Shown here: piece after piece, positions 30,645-40,228 of the stretch
How positions within the stretch are numbered: position 1 is the stretch's first letter
Layout of the letters: each line of letters begins with the position of its first letter
From: an uncultured delta proteobacterium
GTDB taxonomy: Bacteria > Myxococcota > Myxococcia > Myxococcales > Myxococcaceae
NCBI GenBank assembly: GCA_963776345.1
Contig: CAVZMH010000015.1
Coordinates: 32,001-96,000, forward strand
Direction: 5' to 3'
Length of the DNA: 64,000 bases
Program-made: the position numbers and the translations under genes
Notes under the pieces: generated by a model
The model's input: only the letters and a program-made list of their open reading frames with translations
What the model was told of the DNA's origin: nothing
Databases searched by the model: none

Positions 30645-31214
30645 ATGCTCTCCCCTGCTCCGACCTCCCGGGATCCCCGCCTCGACATCTCGCAGGCCCG
30701 CCAGGTGCTCAAGGAGGCCCTGCGCACCCACGATGCGCGGGAGATCGTCCGGTGGCTCCAGGAGAACACCCACGAGCTCACCCGCTCCCGCTTCTTCGAG
30801 CTGATGTTCTCGTTCGGGCCGCTGGCCGGAACCCTCCTGAACGCCGTGTCGCAGCTGCTCCCCGCCGAGCGCCGCCTCCTGGGCGAGGCGCTGGGCCGGG
30901 CGTTCGCGCTCGGCGCGGTCCGTCCCGAGGACGTCCGCCGCGCGGTCCCGGAGCACTGGAGCGGCGCCGCGCCCGGGGACCCCCACCTGGGGCTGGCGGA
31001 GGTGCTCATCCTCACCGGCCGCCCGGCGATGGTCCTCATCTACCTGGAGCGCGAGCTGGAGATCTGCCGGAAGCCGCACGGACAGGACCGGCAGCGCATC
31101 GCAGCGGCGCGCATGGCGTTCATCGCGCTCCCCGCCGATGTCCGGGCCGAGCTGCAGTCCCGGCACGCCGAGCTCTCGCCCGGACCGGCGAGCCCGAACG
31201 CCGAGGCGGCCTGA
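30645..31214 (+). CDS. Hypothetical protein
   Basis: 189-aa ORF with natural codon bias filling the gap between ridA and rel. Confidence 0.6.
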   Translation: MLSPAPTSRDPRLDISQARQVLKEALRTHDAREIVRWLQENTHELTRSRFFELMFSFGPLAGTLLNAVSQLLPAERRLLGEALGRAFALGAVRPEDVRRAVPEHWSGAAPGDPHLGLAEVLILTGRPAMVLIYLERELEICRKPHGQDRQRIAAARMAFIALPADVRAELQSRHAELSPGPASPNAEAA

Positions 31215-31218
31215 GCAG

Positions 31219-33447
31219 TTAGACGCGCTCCACCGAGTACACGCCCTTCAGCCGCTCGATGGTCTTCATGAGATCGGTGAGCTGCTTCAGGTCCGAGATG
31301 GTGACCTCGAAGGTGTTCACCGCCCGGTCGTCGCCCGTCGCCCGGCAGTTCGCCTGGCTGATGTTGACGCCCTTCTTGCTGAAGATGTTCGACATGTCGG
31401 CCAGGAGGCCCGGCCGATCGGCGGTGAGCACCCGGAGCGTGACCGGCCGCTTGTAGTCGCCGCGCACGTCCCACGCGACGTCCACCCGGCGCTCGGGGTC
31501 AGTGGCCAGCGCGCGCTCGCAGCCCACGGTGTGCACCGTCACTCCCTGGTTCCGGGTGATGAAGCCGACGATGGGGTCACCGGGGACGGGGTTGCAGCAC
31601 CGGCCGAAGCGAACCAGCACGTCGTCCACCCCGCCGATGAGCACGCCAGTCCGGCTGCGGCGGCCGACCAGCTTCCTGGCCAGCTCGGTCACCCGGCCGA
31701 ACCCGTTCGCCGTCGGAGTCTCCGCACCGGTCTCCGAGGCAGGAGCCCCGTTGGCCGGCTCGGCCTTGGCGCTGCGCTCCTTCTCCGTCTCGGCCAGCTT
31801 CTCAGGCGGGAGGAGCCGGGCCAGCAGCTGGTTGGGCACGACCTTGCCGTACCCGACCGCCACCATCAGGTCGTCCTCGATGCGGTACCCCAGCTCGGCC
31901 GCCACCGGCTTCAGTTCGCCTGCCCGGAGCAGCTTGTTCAGGTTCAGGCCGACGCGGCGGAACTCCTTGTCCAGGAGCTCGCGGCCGAGCTGCTGGCTCT
32001 TCTCGCGCTGCTGCTGCTTGATGAAGCTGCGAATGCGCTGCTGGGCGCGGCTGGTCTTGACGAAGGTCAGCCAGTCCTTGCTCGGATGGGCGCCGGGGCT
32101 GGTGAGCACCTCCACGGTGTCCCCGTTCTTCAGCTTGTAGCGGAGGGGGACGATCTTCCCGTTCACCTTCGCCCCCACGCAGCGTCCGCCGACGTCGGAG
32201 TGGATGGCGTAGCCGAAGTCCACCGGGGTCGCGCCGCGGGGCAGGCTCTTCACGTCGCCCTTGGGGGTGAAGACGAAGACCTCGTCGGCGAAGAGATCCA
32301 CCTTCACCGTCTCCAGGAACTCCTTGGGGTCCTTGAGGTCCTGCTGCCACTCCATCAGCTGCCGGAGCCAGGCGAACTTCTCGTCGTCCCCGCTGACCAG
32401 CGCCTTGCCCTCCTTGTAGGCCCAGTGGGCGGCGATGCCCTCTTCAGCGATGCGGTGCATCTCCTCGGTGCGGATCTGCACCTCCACCCGCTCCCCCAGC
32501 GGTCCGATGACCGTGGTGTGGAGCGACTGGTACATGTTGGGCTTGGGGATGGCGATGAAGTCCTTGAACCGCCCCGGTACCGGCTTCCACAGCTGGTGGA
32601 TGAGCCCCAGCGCCTCGTAGCAGGAGCCCACGGTGGGCATGATCAGCCGGAAGGCGATCATGTCGTGCACCTGGTCGAAGTCGATGCCGTTGGCCCGCAT
32701 CTTCTTCCAGATGCTGTACAGGTGCTTGAAGCGGCCGGAGACCCTGGCGTGGAGATCGCGCTCGGCGAGCTTCCGCTCGATGAGCCGGACCACGTCGTCG
32801 ATGTACTGCTCGCGCTCCTTCTTGCGCTTTCCGACGCGCTCGGCGAGGTCCGCGTACTCGGCGGGCTTGAGCCAGCGGAAGCTCAGGTCCTCCAGCTCGG
32901 TCTTGATCCAGCTGATGCCCAGCCGGTTGGCCAGGGGCGCGTAGATGTCCAGCGTCTCCTGGGCGATGCGCTGGCGCTTGTCCTCGCGCATGTACTCCAG
33001 CGTCCGCATGTTGTGGGTGCGGTCGGCGAGCTTCACCAGGATGACGCGGATGTCCTGCGCCATCGCGATGATCATCTTCCGGAAGTTCTCGGCCTGCTTC
33101 TCCTCCTGGCTGAGCGTGGGGCTGGCCTGGAACTTGGAGAGCTTGGTCACCCCGTCCACCAGCTGGGTGACCTCCGCTCCGAAGAGCTCGGTCAGCTCCT
33201 CCGGCGTCGCCAGGGTGTCCTCGATGGTGTCGTGGAGGAGCCCGGTGACGATGCTCGCCTCGTCCAGCTTGAGGTCGGCCAGGATGCCCGCGACCTCCAG
33301 GGGGTGCACCAGGTAGGGCTCGCCCGAGCGCCGGAGCTGCCCCTGGTGGACCTTGGCCGAGTAGACGTACGCCTTCTTGATGGCGTCCAGATCCGGGTCG
33401 GGATGGTAACTCTTGACCTGGGTCAGGATGTCGTTGAGGCGAATCAT
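31219..33447 (-). CDS. relA: Bifunctional (p)ppGpp synthetase/hydrolase (RelA/SpoT homolog)
   Basis: HD domain (LHDTIED), KLADRTHNMRTL, GRFK, KPNMYQSLHT, TGS (FTPKG), CCNPVPGD, ACT domain. Confidence 0.97.
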   Translation of the reverse strand: MIRLNDILTQVKSYHPDPDLDAIKKAYVYSAKVHQGQLRRSGEPYLVHPLEVAGILADLKLDEASIVTGLLHDTIEDTLATPEELTELFGAEVTQLVDGVTKLSKFQASPTLSQEEKQAENFRKMIIAMAQDIRVILVKLADRTHNMRTLEYMREDKRQRIAQETLDIYAPLANRLGISWIKTELEDLSFRWLKPAEYADLAERVGKRKKEREQYIDDVVRLIERKLAERDLHARVSGRFKHLYSIWKKMRANGIDFDQVHDMIAFRLIMPTVGSCYEALGLIHQLWKPVPGRFKDFIAIPKPNMYQSLHTTVIGPLGERVEVQIRTEEMHRIAEEGIAAHWAYKEGKALVSGDDEKFAWLRQLMEWQQDLKDPKEFLETVKVDLFADEVFVFTPKGDVKSLPRGATPVDFGYAIHSDVGGRCVGAKVNGKIVPLRYKLKNGDTVEVLTSPGAHPSKDWLTFVKTSRAQQRIRSFIKQQQREKSQQLGRELLDKEFRRVGLNLNKLLRAGELKPVAAELGYRIEDDLMVAVGYGKVVPNQLLARLLPPEKLAETEKERSAKAEPANGAPASETGAETPTANGFGRVTELARKLVGRRSRTGVLIGGVDDVLVRFGRCCNPVPGDPIVGFITRNQGVTVHTVGCERALATDPERRVDVAWDVRGDYKRPVTLRVLTADRPGLLADMSNIFSKKGVNISQANCRATGDDRAVNTFEVTISDLKQLTDLMKTIERLKGVYSVERV

Positions 33448-33570
33448 CGATACTGGACAATCGTAACTGTGCGATCGGGGGTGTTCAACGCACCGACCCG
33501 CAAACCCCCCGTCGGCCCTGAACATTGACCGGCCGCCGAGCAGGTTCCTACAGTGCCCGACGCCCGCCCC

Positions 33571-34494
33571 ATGTCCCGCCTCCTGGTGAGTCAGCTCGGC
33601 GTGGTCTGCCCGTCCTGCGACGTGCTGAGCGCAGCAGGGGCAGTCCGCTGCGAAGCCTGCGGAAAGACCTGGGGAAGGGCCCAGGCCCCGGCCCGGAAGC
33701 CCACCGCCCCGGGTCCCCCGGCAGCGGCGCCCGCGCGGCCCCCGGCGGCGGCCAGCCCTTCCGGGGCCGGGCTCCGCCCCTCGCCCACGCCGTCCGGCGG
33801 CGTCCCTCGGACCGGCTCCACCGGACGCCCCGCCGCCGCGGCGCCGGTCCCGAGCCGTTTCATCCTCAGCGTGAGCGCCGGGCCCGCCCGCGGCCAGCGC
33901 TTCCGCCTGATGGCCAACGGCTGCAGCGTGGGTCGCCAGCGGGGAGCCATCCTCTTCACCGACGACCCCTTCGTCTCGCCCCATCATGCCGCCTTCCGGA
34001 TCCGCGAAGGGCAGCTCACGGTGAAGGACGAGGACAGCGTCTCCGGCGTCTACGTCGCCATCACCGCCCAGGAGGTGCTGATGCCCGGGGCGCTCTTCTC
34101 GGTCGGCCCCCATGTGCTCCGGTACGTGGGCCCTCTGCTCCCGCGGGCGGCCGAGCCGGGAAAGCCGCGGACCTACGGCGCGCCGGTGCCCCAGGCCGGC
34201 GGGCTCTGGGGCATCGAGGAGATCCTGGTCGGGCTCCGGCCCGGCCGGGCGGTGGTCACGGCCCATCCCGCGCTGACGCTCGGATCCTCGGGCGCGGACC
34301 TGGTCTTCGCCCCGGATGCACAGCTCGCCGCCCGGCACTGCGAGATCAGCCCGACGCCGCAGGGCGCCGTGCTCCGCGACCTCTCGAGCGGCCTGGGGAC
34401 GTTCGTGCGCCTCGGCGCCCAGGAGCGGCCTCTCAAGCAGGGTGACCGGGTCCGCATCGGCCAGCAGACGCTGACCGTCGAGCTCGCCGCGTAG
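33571..34494 (+). CDS. Zinc-ribbon plus tandem FHA domain protein
   Basis: CPSC..CEAC; VGR...DPFVSPHHA; second degenerate FHA (ARHC...GTFVR...GDRVRIG). Confidence 0.85.
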   Translation: MSRLLVSQLGVVCPSCDVLSAAGAVRCEACGKTWGRAQAPARKPTAPGPPAAAPARPPAAASPSGAGLRPSPTPSGGVPRTGSTGRPAAAAPVPSRFILSVSAGPARGQRFRLMANGCSVGRQRGAILFTDDPFVSPHHAAFRIREGQLTVKDEDSVSGVYVAITAQEVLMPGALFSVGPHVLRYVGPLLPRAAEPGKPRTYGAPVPQAGGLWGIEEILVGLRPGRAVVTAHPALTLGSSGADLVFAPDAQLAARHCEISPTPQGAVLRDLSSGLGTFVRLGAQERPLKQGDRVRIGQQTLTVELAA

Positions 34495-34498
34495 CGCC

Positions 34499-36028
34499 TC
34501 AGCGGGTGGAGAGCGGCTGCTCGACGTCCGGGTACCACTCCCGGACGACCGAGCGGGCGGGCGATCCCGGTGACTCCTTCAGCGCGCGTCCGAAGAAGCC
34601 GCGGGCCTCGGCCTCCCCCTCGGCGCCGCGCAGCCGGGCGAGCATGCCCAGCTTGAGGGCCACCGCGGCGGTCGGGTCGGCCTCGAACGCCTCGAGGTAC
34701 TTGGTCCGTGCCAGCGCACGATCCCCGGCGAGGTACAGGTTGTCGCCGTCCTGCACCAGCGCCGTTGCCCGGGCGGGGTCGCGCCGGTCCGCGGGGGTCT
34801 CCCGGCTCCACGGCTGCGCCTGCGTCGCCACCGGAGGAGCGGCCGGAGGCACGGGGCTCGGGGTATCGGTCAGCGGCTTGAAGGCGAGCACGCCCGCGCC
34901 GGCGGCCGCGACGAGCACCAGCGCCCCCAGCACCAGCTGCAGGCCTCGACCGCTCCGGCGCGCCGGGCGCTTGCCCGAGGCCAGGGTGGGCGCGCTCGCA
35001 AGGGCAGCCTCGCCGGAGGCCGACCCCACCATCCCCAGCGGGATGGGGACCCGGGCGGTCCGCGGCGCGTGGACGGCCTCCGCGGCCGGCAGGAGATTCA
35101 GCGACTCGAGGAACGCCTCGGCCGTCTGGGGGCGGTCGGCAGGCTCCTTGCGGAGCGCCCACAGGATGACCGCCTCGAGCTCCCGGCTGCTGCAGCCCGG
35201 ACGCAGCACGTTGGGCGGCTTCGGGTCCTCGGTCAGGTGCTTGGTCGCGTAGCCCATCGCCGAGTCGGAGCTGAACGGCAGCTGCCGGGTCACCATCTGG
35301 TAGAGCAGCACCCCCACCGAGTAGAGGTCGCTCCGGGCGTCGAGCGGCGCTCCGCGGGCCTGCTCCGGGCTCATGTACTCGGGGGTGCCACAGACGAAGC
35401 CGGTCCGGGTGAGCGACGGCCCTTCCTCGGAGGAGCCGTCGATGATCTTGGCGATGCCGAAGTCGAGCACCTTCACCACGTCCGACTCGCCGCCGCGCCG
35501 GGCCATCACCATCACGTTCTCGGGCTTGAGGTCGCGGTGGATGACCCCGGCCTGGTGCGCGTCCGCCAGCGCCGAGAGCACCTGGGTGACGATGCGGATC
35601 ACCCGTGGCTCGGGGAGCGGCCAGTCCTCGGTGAGGACCCGGTGGAGGTCGCGGCCGTCCACGAACTCCATGGCGATGAACAGCGCGCCGTCGTCCGTCT
35701 GGCCGAAGTCCAGCACGTCGATGGAGTTGGGATGGTTGAGCCGGCTCGCCGCCTTGGCCTCGCGCTGGAAGCGGGCCACGGTCCGGGGGTCCTTCTGCAG
35801 CGTGGGGTGGAGCAGCTTCAGCACCACCGGCTTCTCCAGGACCAGCTGGTTCGCGCGGTACACGCGTCCCATGCCGCCCTCGCCGAGCAGCTTGTCCACC
35901 CGGTACTTCCGGGCCACCACCTGGCCGATGTAGGGGTCCCCGGCCGTCTCCCGGGGGAGCACGTTCCCGCAGGCCGCGCAGAACTGGGCGTGCGGGGCGG
36001 TCTCGGTGGAGCAGGAGGGACAGTTCAC
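34499..36028 (-). CDS. Membrane Ser/Thr protein kinase with N-terminal zinc ribbon
   Basis: CPSC..CAAC, LGEGGMGRVY, HRDLKPEN, DFG, GTPEYMSPEQ, TM helix, TPR-like C-terminus. Confidence 0.95.
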   Translation of the reverse strand: MNCPSCSTETAPHAQFCAACGNVLPRETAGDPYIGQVVARKYRVDKLLGEGGMGRVYRANQLVLEKPVVLKLLHPTLQKDPRTVARFQREAKAASRLNHPNSIDVLDFGQTDDGALFIAMEFVDGRDLHRVLTEDWPLPEPRVIRIVTQVLSALADAHQAGVIHRDLKPENVMVMARRGGESDVVKVLDFGIAKIIDGSSEEGPSLTRTGFVCGTPEYMSPEQARGAPLDARSDLYSVGVLLYQMVTRQLPFSSDSAMGYATKHLTEDPKPPNVLRPGCSSRELEAVILWALRKEPADRPQTAEAFLESLNLLPAAEAVHAPRTARVPIPLGMVGSASGEAALASAPTLASGKRPARRSGRGLQLVLGALVLVAAAGAGVLAFKPLTDTPSPVPPAAPPVATQAQPWSRETPADRRDPARATALVQDGDNLYLAGDRALARTKYLEAFEADPTAAVALKLGMLARLRGAEGEAEARGFFGRALKESPGSPARSVVREWYPDVEQPLSTR

Positions 36029-36151
36029 GACCGGAAGGCGACGCTCCCACTCTGCGGGCGGAGCCGCAAGGCTGCATGGTACGCTCGCGCGGCCCCGGAT
36101 GGCCGAATCCCCGATGACACGGACCTCTGCACCCCGCCTGGCCGGGGGACG

Positions 36152-36811
36152 ATGGTGATGGGACGTCCAGGCGCCACGCGGCTCCAGGTCAGCTTCCGCG
36201 TCGTCCGCGCCGACGGCGGGCCCGAGCTGTCCGTGCCCATGAAGGGGGAGACGCTGACCTGCGGGACCCGCGCCGACCTGACCCTGCCGGACGACCCGTT
36301 CATCGCCCCGGTGCAGGCCCGCTTCTTCTTCTCAGGGCAACGCCTGGCCGTCGAGGACCTGGGGGGAGGGAACGGCGTGTTCGCCCGACTCAAGGCCGAG
36401 AACGAGCTGCAGGTGGGGGGAGAGCTCCGGCTGGGCCGCCAGCGCCTGGTGCTCGAGGCCATCCCGCCCGTGAGCCCGGGCGAGGGCGGGACCATCGCCT
36501 GGGGATTGGCCGACCCCGGGTTCAAGCTCCGCATCGTGCAGCTGCTCGAGGGCGGGATGCGGGGCGCGGCGTTCTGCCTGCGCGAGGGCGAGAACCTGCT
36601 CGGGCGCGAGGTGGGCGACATCACCTTCCCCGGCGACGGCTTCGTGTCCGGACGCCACGCGGTGCTCAACGCGCGCGGAGAGCGCCTCACGGTGAAGGAC
36701 GTCGGGAGCTCCAACGGCACCTTCCTCCGCATCTCCGCGCCGACCTTCGTCGAGAACGGGGACCAGTTCCTCGTCGGCCGTGAGCTGGTGCGTGTCGAGC
36801 TGAGCGGCTGA
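36152..36811 (+). CDS. Tandem FHA domain protein
   Basis: Two FHA domains (DPFIAP..NGVF; LGR...FVSGRHA...SSNGTF). True start may be ATG 36099 with an indel in the G5 run at 36144-36148. Confidence 0.85.
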   Translation: MVMGRPGATRLQVSFRVVRADGGPELSVPMKGETLTCGTRADLTLPDDPFIAPVQARFFFSGQRLAVEDLGGGNGVFARLKAENELQVGGELRLGRQRLVLEAIPPVSPGEGGTIAWGLADPGFKLRIVQLLEGGMRGAAFCLREGENLLGREVGDITFPGDGFVSGRHAVLNARGERLTVKDVGSSNGTFLRISAPTFVENGDQFLVGRELVRVELSG

Positions 36812-36832
36812 CCCCGGCCCCGGGCTCCTCCG

Positions 36833-38068
36833 ATGCACCCCGCCCTCCCCGCCTCCCGCCCACAGCCGGCCGCGGTGGACGGGGCCGGAGCGGCGCGCTG
36901 GGGGCCGGTGCTGGCGCTGGCCGGGCTGCACGGGGCGGTCACCCTGGCGTGGGTGGTCTACACGCTCTACCTGGTCGCCCTGCTGGCGCGGGCCGGGTTC
37001 GACGCCTACCTCGCCTCGGTGCTGCTCACGGTCGAGGGTCTGGTGGGGGCGGTCCTCGAGCCGCTCGCGGGCACGCTCTCCGACCGGGCCCGCCGCGGGC
37101 TCTTCCGCCGCTTCTTCCTGGTGATGGGGGGAGTGCTGGCCACCAGCTTCCTCTTCGTGGCGTTGCCGCTGACCGCGGCGAGCTCGAGGCCGGGACCGGC
37201 GTCGCTGCTCCCCGCCCTGCTCATCGCCTGGTCGTGCGCCATGGCCGTGTTCCGTGCGCCGGCGCTGTCCCTCCTCGGACGGTATGCCCGGCCCAGGTCG
37301 CTCCCGCTGGCTGCCTCGGTGCTCACCACCGCTGGGGGGCTGGTGAGCGCGGCGGCCCCGTCGGCCCGCGCGTGGCTCCTGTCGCTCGGGCCATTGCCCA
37401 CCTTCGCGGCGGCCTCGGCGGCGCTGGTGCTGACCGCGCTGGTCCTCCGGGCGCTGGACCGCCGGATGCCGCTCGCGATCGCCGCGCCAGGGCCGGTGCC
37501 CGTCCCGGACCGGGCTGCGGTGCGCGCCGCGTGGTCGCTCTTCCTCGTGGGGACGACCGCAGCCCTGGCGTTCCGATTCCTCGTCGACGGGCTGCCACGC
37601 GCCGGCGCCGCGCCGGGGGCGCCCGCGGCGCTCATCACCACGGCGTTCTTCCTGGCCATGGCGATGGCGGGCATTCCGCTCGGGCGGCTCGCGCTGGGGC
37701 GCGTCGGCGGAGGTTCGGTCACCGCCGGCGGGCTCGGGGTGCTGGTCCTCGGCGCTGCCGCCCCGCTGGTCCTCGCGGGTTCAGTGTCGGTCCTCCTCTG
37801 CGCGGCCCTCCTCGGCGCGGCGCTGGCGGCGGTGCAGAACGGCCTCCTTGCCTACTCGCTCTCGGCGGTGCGGGTCGAGCGCGCCGGCCTGGGGATGGGG
37901 CTCCTGCTCGGCGGCGGAGGGCTCGCGCTCGGCCTCTTCAACCTGCTGCTCGCCGTGCGCAGGCCGGCGCCGGCGACCTCGCTGCTCGCCGCTGCGGGGC
38001 TGTATGCGCTGACCCTGCTCCTGCTCCGGGGCGTCCGCCGCGGAGTCCGGGCGGCGGAGCGCGCCTGA
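36833..38068 (+). CDS. MFS transporter
   Basis: About 12 TM segments; motif A-like GTLSDRARR. Confidence 0.8.
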   Translation: MHPALPASRPQPAAVDGAGAARWGPVLALAGLHGAVTLAWVVYTLYLVALLARAGFDAYLASVLLTVEGLVGAVLEPLAGTLSDRARRGLFRRFFLVMGGVLATSFLFVALPLTAASSRPGPASLLPALLIAWSCAMAVFRAPALSLLGRYARPRSLPLAASVLTTAGGLVSAAAPSARAWLLSLGPLPTFAAASAALVLTALVLRALDRRMPLAIAAPGPVPVPDRAAVRAAWSLFLVGTTAALAFRFLVDGLPRAGAAPGAPAALITTAFFLAMAMAGIPLGRLALGRVGGGSVTAGGLGVLVLGAAAPLVLAGSVSVLLCAALLGAALAAVQNGLLAYSLSAVRVERAGLGMGLLLGGGGLALGLFNLLLAVRRPAPATSLLAAAGLYALTLLLLRGVRRGVRAAERA

Positions 38069-38088
38069 GCCACGGGGGCCTCGGCTCG

Positions 38089-38210
38089 GTCCCCCGCACC
38101 AGGGGGACGCCTGCGGAAGCGCGCAGTCGCGCGCCGCCGACGAGGCTCAGTCCCCCGCACCAGGGGGACGCCTGCGGAAGCGCGCAGTCGCGCGCCGCCG
38201 ACGAGGCTCA
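38089..38210. repeat. Perfect 61-bp tandem duplication with internal hairpins (REP-like)
   Basis: Units 38089-38149 and 38150-38210 are identical; each has GTCCCCC-GCACCA-GGGGGAC and GCGCG-CAGT-CGCGC inverted repeats; lies between convergent genes. Confidence 0.9.
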
Positions 38211-38570
38211 GCCGTACGACTTCTCCTTCTTCTCCTGCTCTTCCTTGCAGCGGATGCAGAGGGTGGTGACCGGCCGGGCCTCCAGGCGCTTGGGGGAGAT
38301 GGGCTCCTCGCAGCGCTCGCAGACGCCGAAGGTGCCGTCCTCGATCCGCATCAGCGCCTTCTCGATCTTCTTCAGCAGGAACTTCTCCCGGTCCCGGAGC
38401 CGGAACACCATGGACTGGGCGTACTCGCTGGATGCGAGGTCGATCTCGTCCGGGAGGTCGTCGGTGTCGAAGTTCGACTCCTCCATGAGGGTCTTCTTCG
38501 CGCTCTCGAGGAGGGACGTCTTGCTGTCCTCGAGCATCTTCCTGTAGCGCTTCAGATCTTTCTGATTCAA
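38208..38570 (-). CDS. dksA: DksA/TraR C4 zinc-finger RNA polymerase-binding protein
   Basis: PDEIDLAS coiled-coil tip, FRLRDRE, CERC...RLEARP...CIRC; TTG start. Confidence 0.92.
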   Translation of the reverse strand: MNQKDLKRYRKMLEDSKTSLLESAKKTLMEESNFDTDDLPDEIDLASSEYAQSMVFRLRDREKFLLKKIEKALMRIEDGTFGVCERCEEPISPKRLEARPVTTLCIRCKEEQEKKEKSYG

Positions 38571-38696
38571 AGGTGCGACTCCGTGACCCTTTCGTCGCCG
38601 GGGTGGGTGCGGCCGTCGTCGGACGTTCAACCCGGAAAAAAAGGCCGCGGAGTCTTATCTGGCGCCCTGGTGAAGTCAAGGTAACCTGCCGTGCCC

Positions 38697-39599
38697 ATGC
38701 CGGATTCGGAGAAGACGCGGCAGGAGCTGACCCGGTTCGACCGGGAGTTCCTGCGCTCGGCGCTGGCGCTCGCCGGCAAGCCGGACATCGACCACTTCCT
38801 CTACATCTGCGACACGCCCATCGCCCCCGACGACCTCCGGCGAAAGCAGGCCAAGAGCAAGCTGGTCTACGCGGTCACCGCCGAGCAGATCGCGGCCGAC
38901 CTGCAGGCCCGGAAGCTGCGGGCGCTGGTCATCCCCGCCTACGACTACAGCCGCGTGGAACGGGTGAAGGTGGCGCTGGTCTCCGCGCTCGCCCAGGGAG
39001 CGTTCAAGGAAGGTGACCTGGTGCTGTGCATGACCGGCCGGGTGGGCATGGCGCCGGACACCCTGATGCAGATGCGCATCGGCGGCTCGCTCGACGACCG
39101 CGTGGCCATCGAGGGCATCAAGCTCGGCGACCAGTTCAACAGCCAGGTGGTGGACGCGCTCCTCCAGCTCGCGCTGCAGATCGGCCAGGAGGGGTACGAG
39201 GGACACCCCGTCGGGACCATCATCACCATCGGCGACCACAACAACGTGCTGGAGAAGAGCCGGCAGATCACCATCAACCCCTTCCAGGGAATGGGCGAAA
39301 GCGAGCGCAACGTGCTCGACCCGCGGATCCGCGAGGCGATCAAGAACTTCTCGGTGCTCGACGGCGCCTTCATCATCCGCGAGGACGGCGTGGTGCTGTC
39401 GGCAGGCCGCTACCTCTCGGCGGGCGACGAGGATGCGAAGGTGCCGCTCGGCCTCGGCGCCCGTCACGCCGCCGCAGCCAACATCACCGCCGCGACGCAG
39501 TGCCTCGCCCTGGTCGTCAGCCAGACCTCGGGCGCGGTGCGCCTCTTCAAGGAGGGCGGCATCCTCCTCGAGCTGCACCAGAGCGCCCGCCGCACCTGA
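38697..39599 (+). CDS. Diadenylate cyclase (DisA_N/DAC domain) with N-terminal extra domain
   Basis: EGHPVGT, LDGAFII, GLGARHAAAA, VVSQTSGAVRLF. Confidence 0.85.
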   Translation: MPDSEKTRQELTRFDREFLRSALALAGKPDIDHFLYICDTPIAPDDLRRKQAKSKLVYAVTAEQIAADLQARKLRALVIPAYDYSRVERVKVALVSALAQGAFKEGDLVLCMTGRVGMAPDTLMQMRIGGSLDDRVAIEGIKLGDQFNSQVVDALLQLALQIGQEGYEGHPVGTIITIGDHNNVLEKSRQITINPFQGMGESERNVLDPRIREAIKNFSVLDGAFIIREDGVVLSAGRYLSAGDEDAKVPLGLGARHAAAANITAATQCLALVVSQTSGAVRLFKEGGILLELHQSARRT

Positions 39600-39663
39600 G
39601 CGCGCGGGACCGGTGCCACTGGACATCCCCGGGCGCTGGCCGTTCTGGTCTTCCCCCACTCTC

Positions 39664-40215
39664 TCAACCGGAACGCTCGCGGTCCTCACGCCAGACCTCG
39701 GCGAGGGCGTGCGCGCGCTCGACCTCGTCACGGGCCGCGTCCACGGCCACCAGCCGGCGAAGGCGGTCGGCCCGGGAGCGCAGCGCCTCGGCGGCGAGCG
39801 CCGTCCCCGCCGTCAGCCGGGCAGCGGCGAGCTCGCGCTCCGACCGGAGCCGGTCGAGCTGCTGTCCGACGCGGCGCGCCGCCTGCTCGAGCTGTTCCAC
39901 GTCCGACTCGGTCCGGACGAGCTCCTCGCGGAGCGCGCTCGCCCGGCCGTCTTCCCGGAGCGCATCGGCGGCGAGCACCTCGGCCGCGCGAACGTCTCCG
40001 CCCGCGCGGGCCCGGTCCCCGCGCTCGCGCAGCATCCCGCCGACCTGCTCCACTCCGGAGAGCTCGCGGCCCAGCCGCGCCCGGACGATGAGCAGCGTCG
40101 CGGCCGCTCGCCGGAGCTCGGCCGCCTCGGCCGCGAGGTCCGACACCAGGTCGTCGTACGCCGCGATCGGATCCGGTGCGGGAGGCGGGCGTCGGCGGAA
40201 CCACCGGAAGGCCAT
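39664..40215 (-). CDS. PspA/IM30-like coiled-coil protein
   Basis: 183 aa, all helical; DPIAAYD..., LRRAAATLL, ARAGGDVRAAEVL resembles the PspA helix 1-2 pattern. Confidence 0.6.
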   Translation of the reverse strand: MAFRWFRRRPPPAPDPIAAYDDLVSDLAAEAAELRRAAATLLIVRARLGRELSGVEQVGGMLRERGDRARAGGDVRAAEVLAADALREDGRASALREELVRTESDVEQLEQAARRVGQQLDRLRSERELAAARLTAGTALAAEALRSRADRLRRLVAVDAARDEVERAHALAEVWREDRERSG

Positions 40216-40228
40216 GGCAGGGCGCACT

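Noticed and set aside
33448..34338. N-terminal extensions given by the ORF track for Rel (also DnaK, DsbA, RlmI, CcmB)
   Set aside because: They overlap other genes; conserved N-termini and RBS or overlap signals indicate the downstream starts
38089..38210. Possible CRISPR array
   Set aside because: Only two units, no unique spacers, no cas genes
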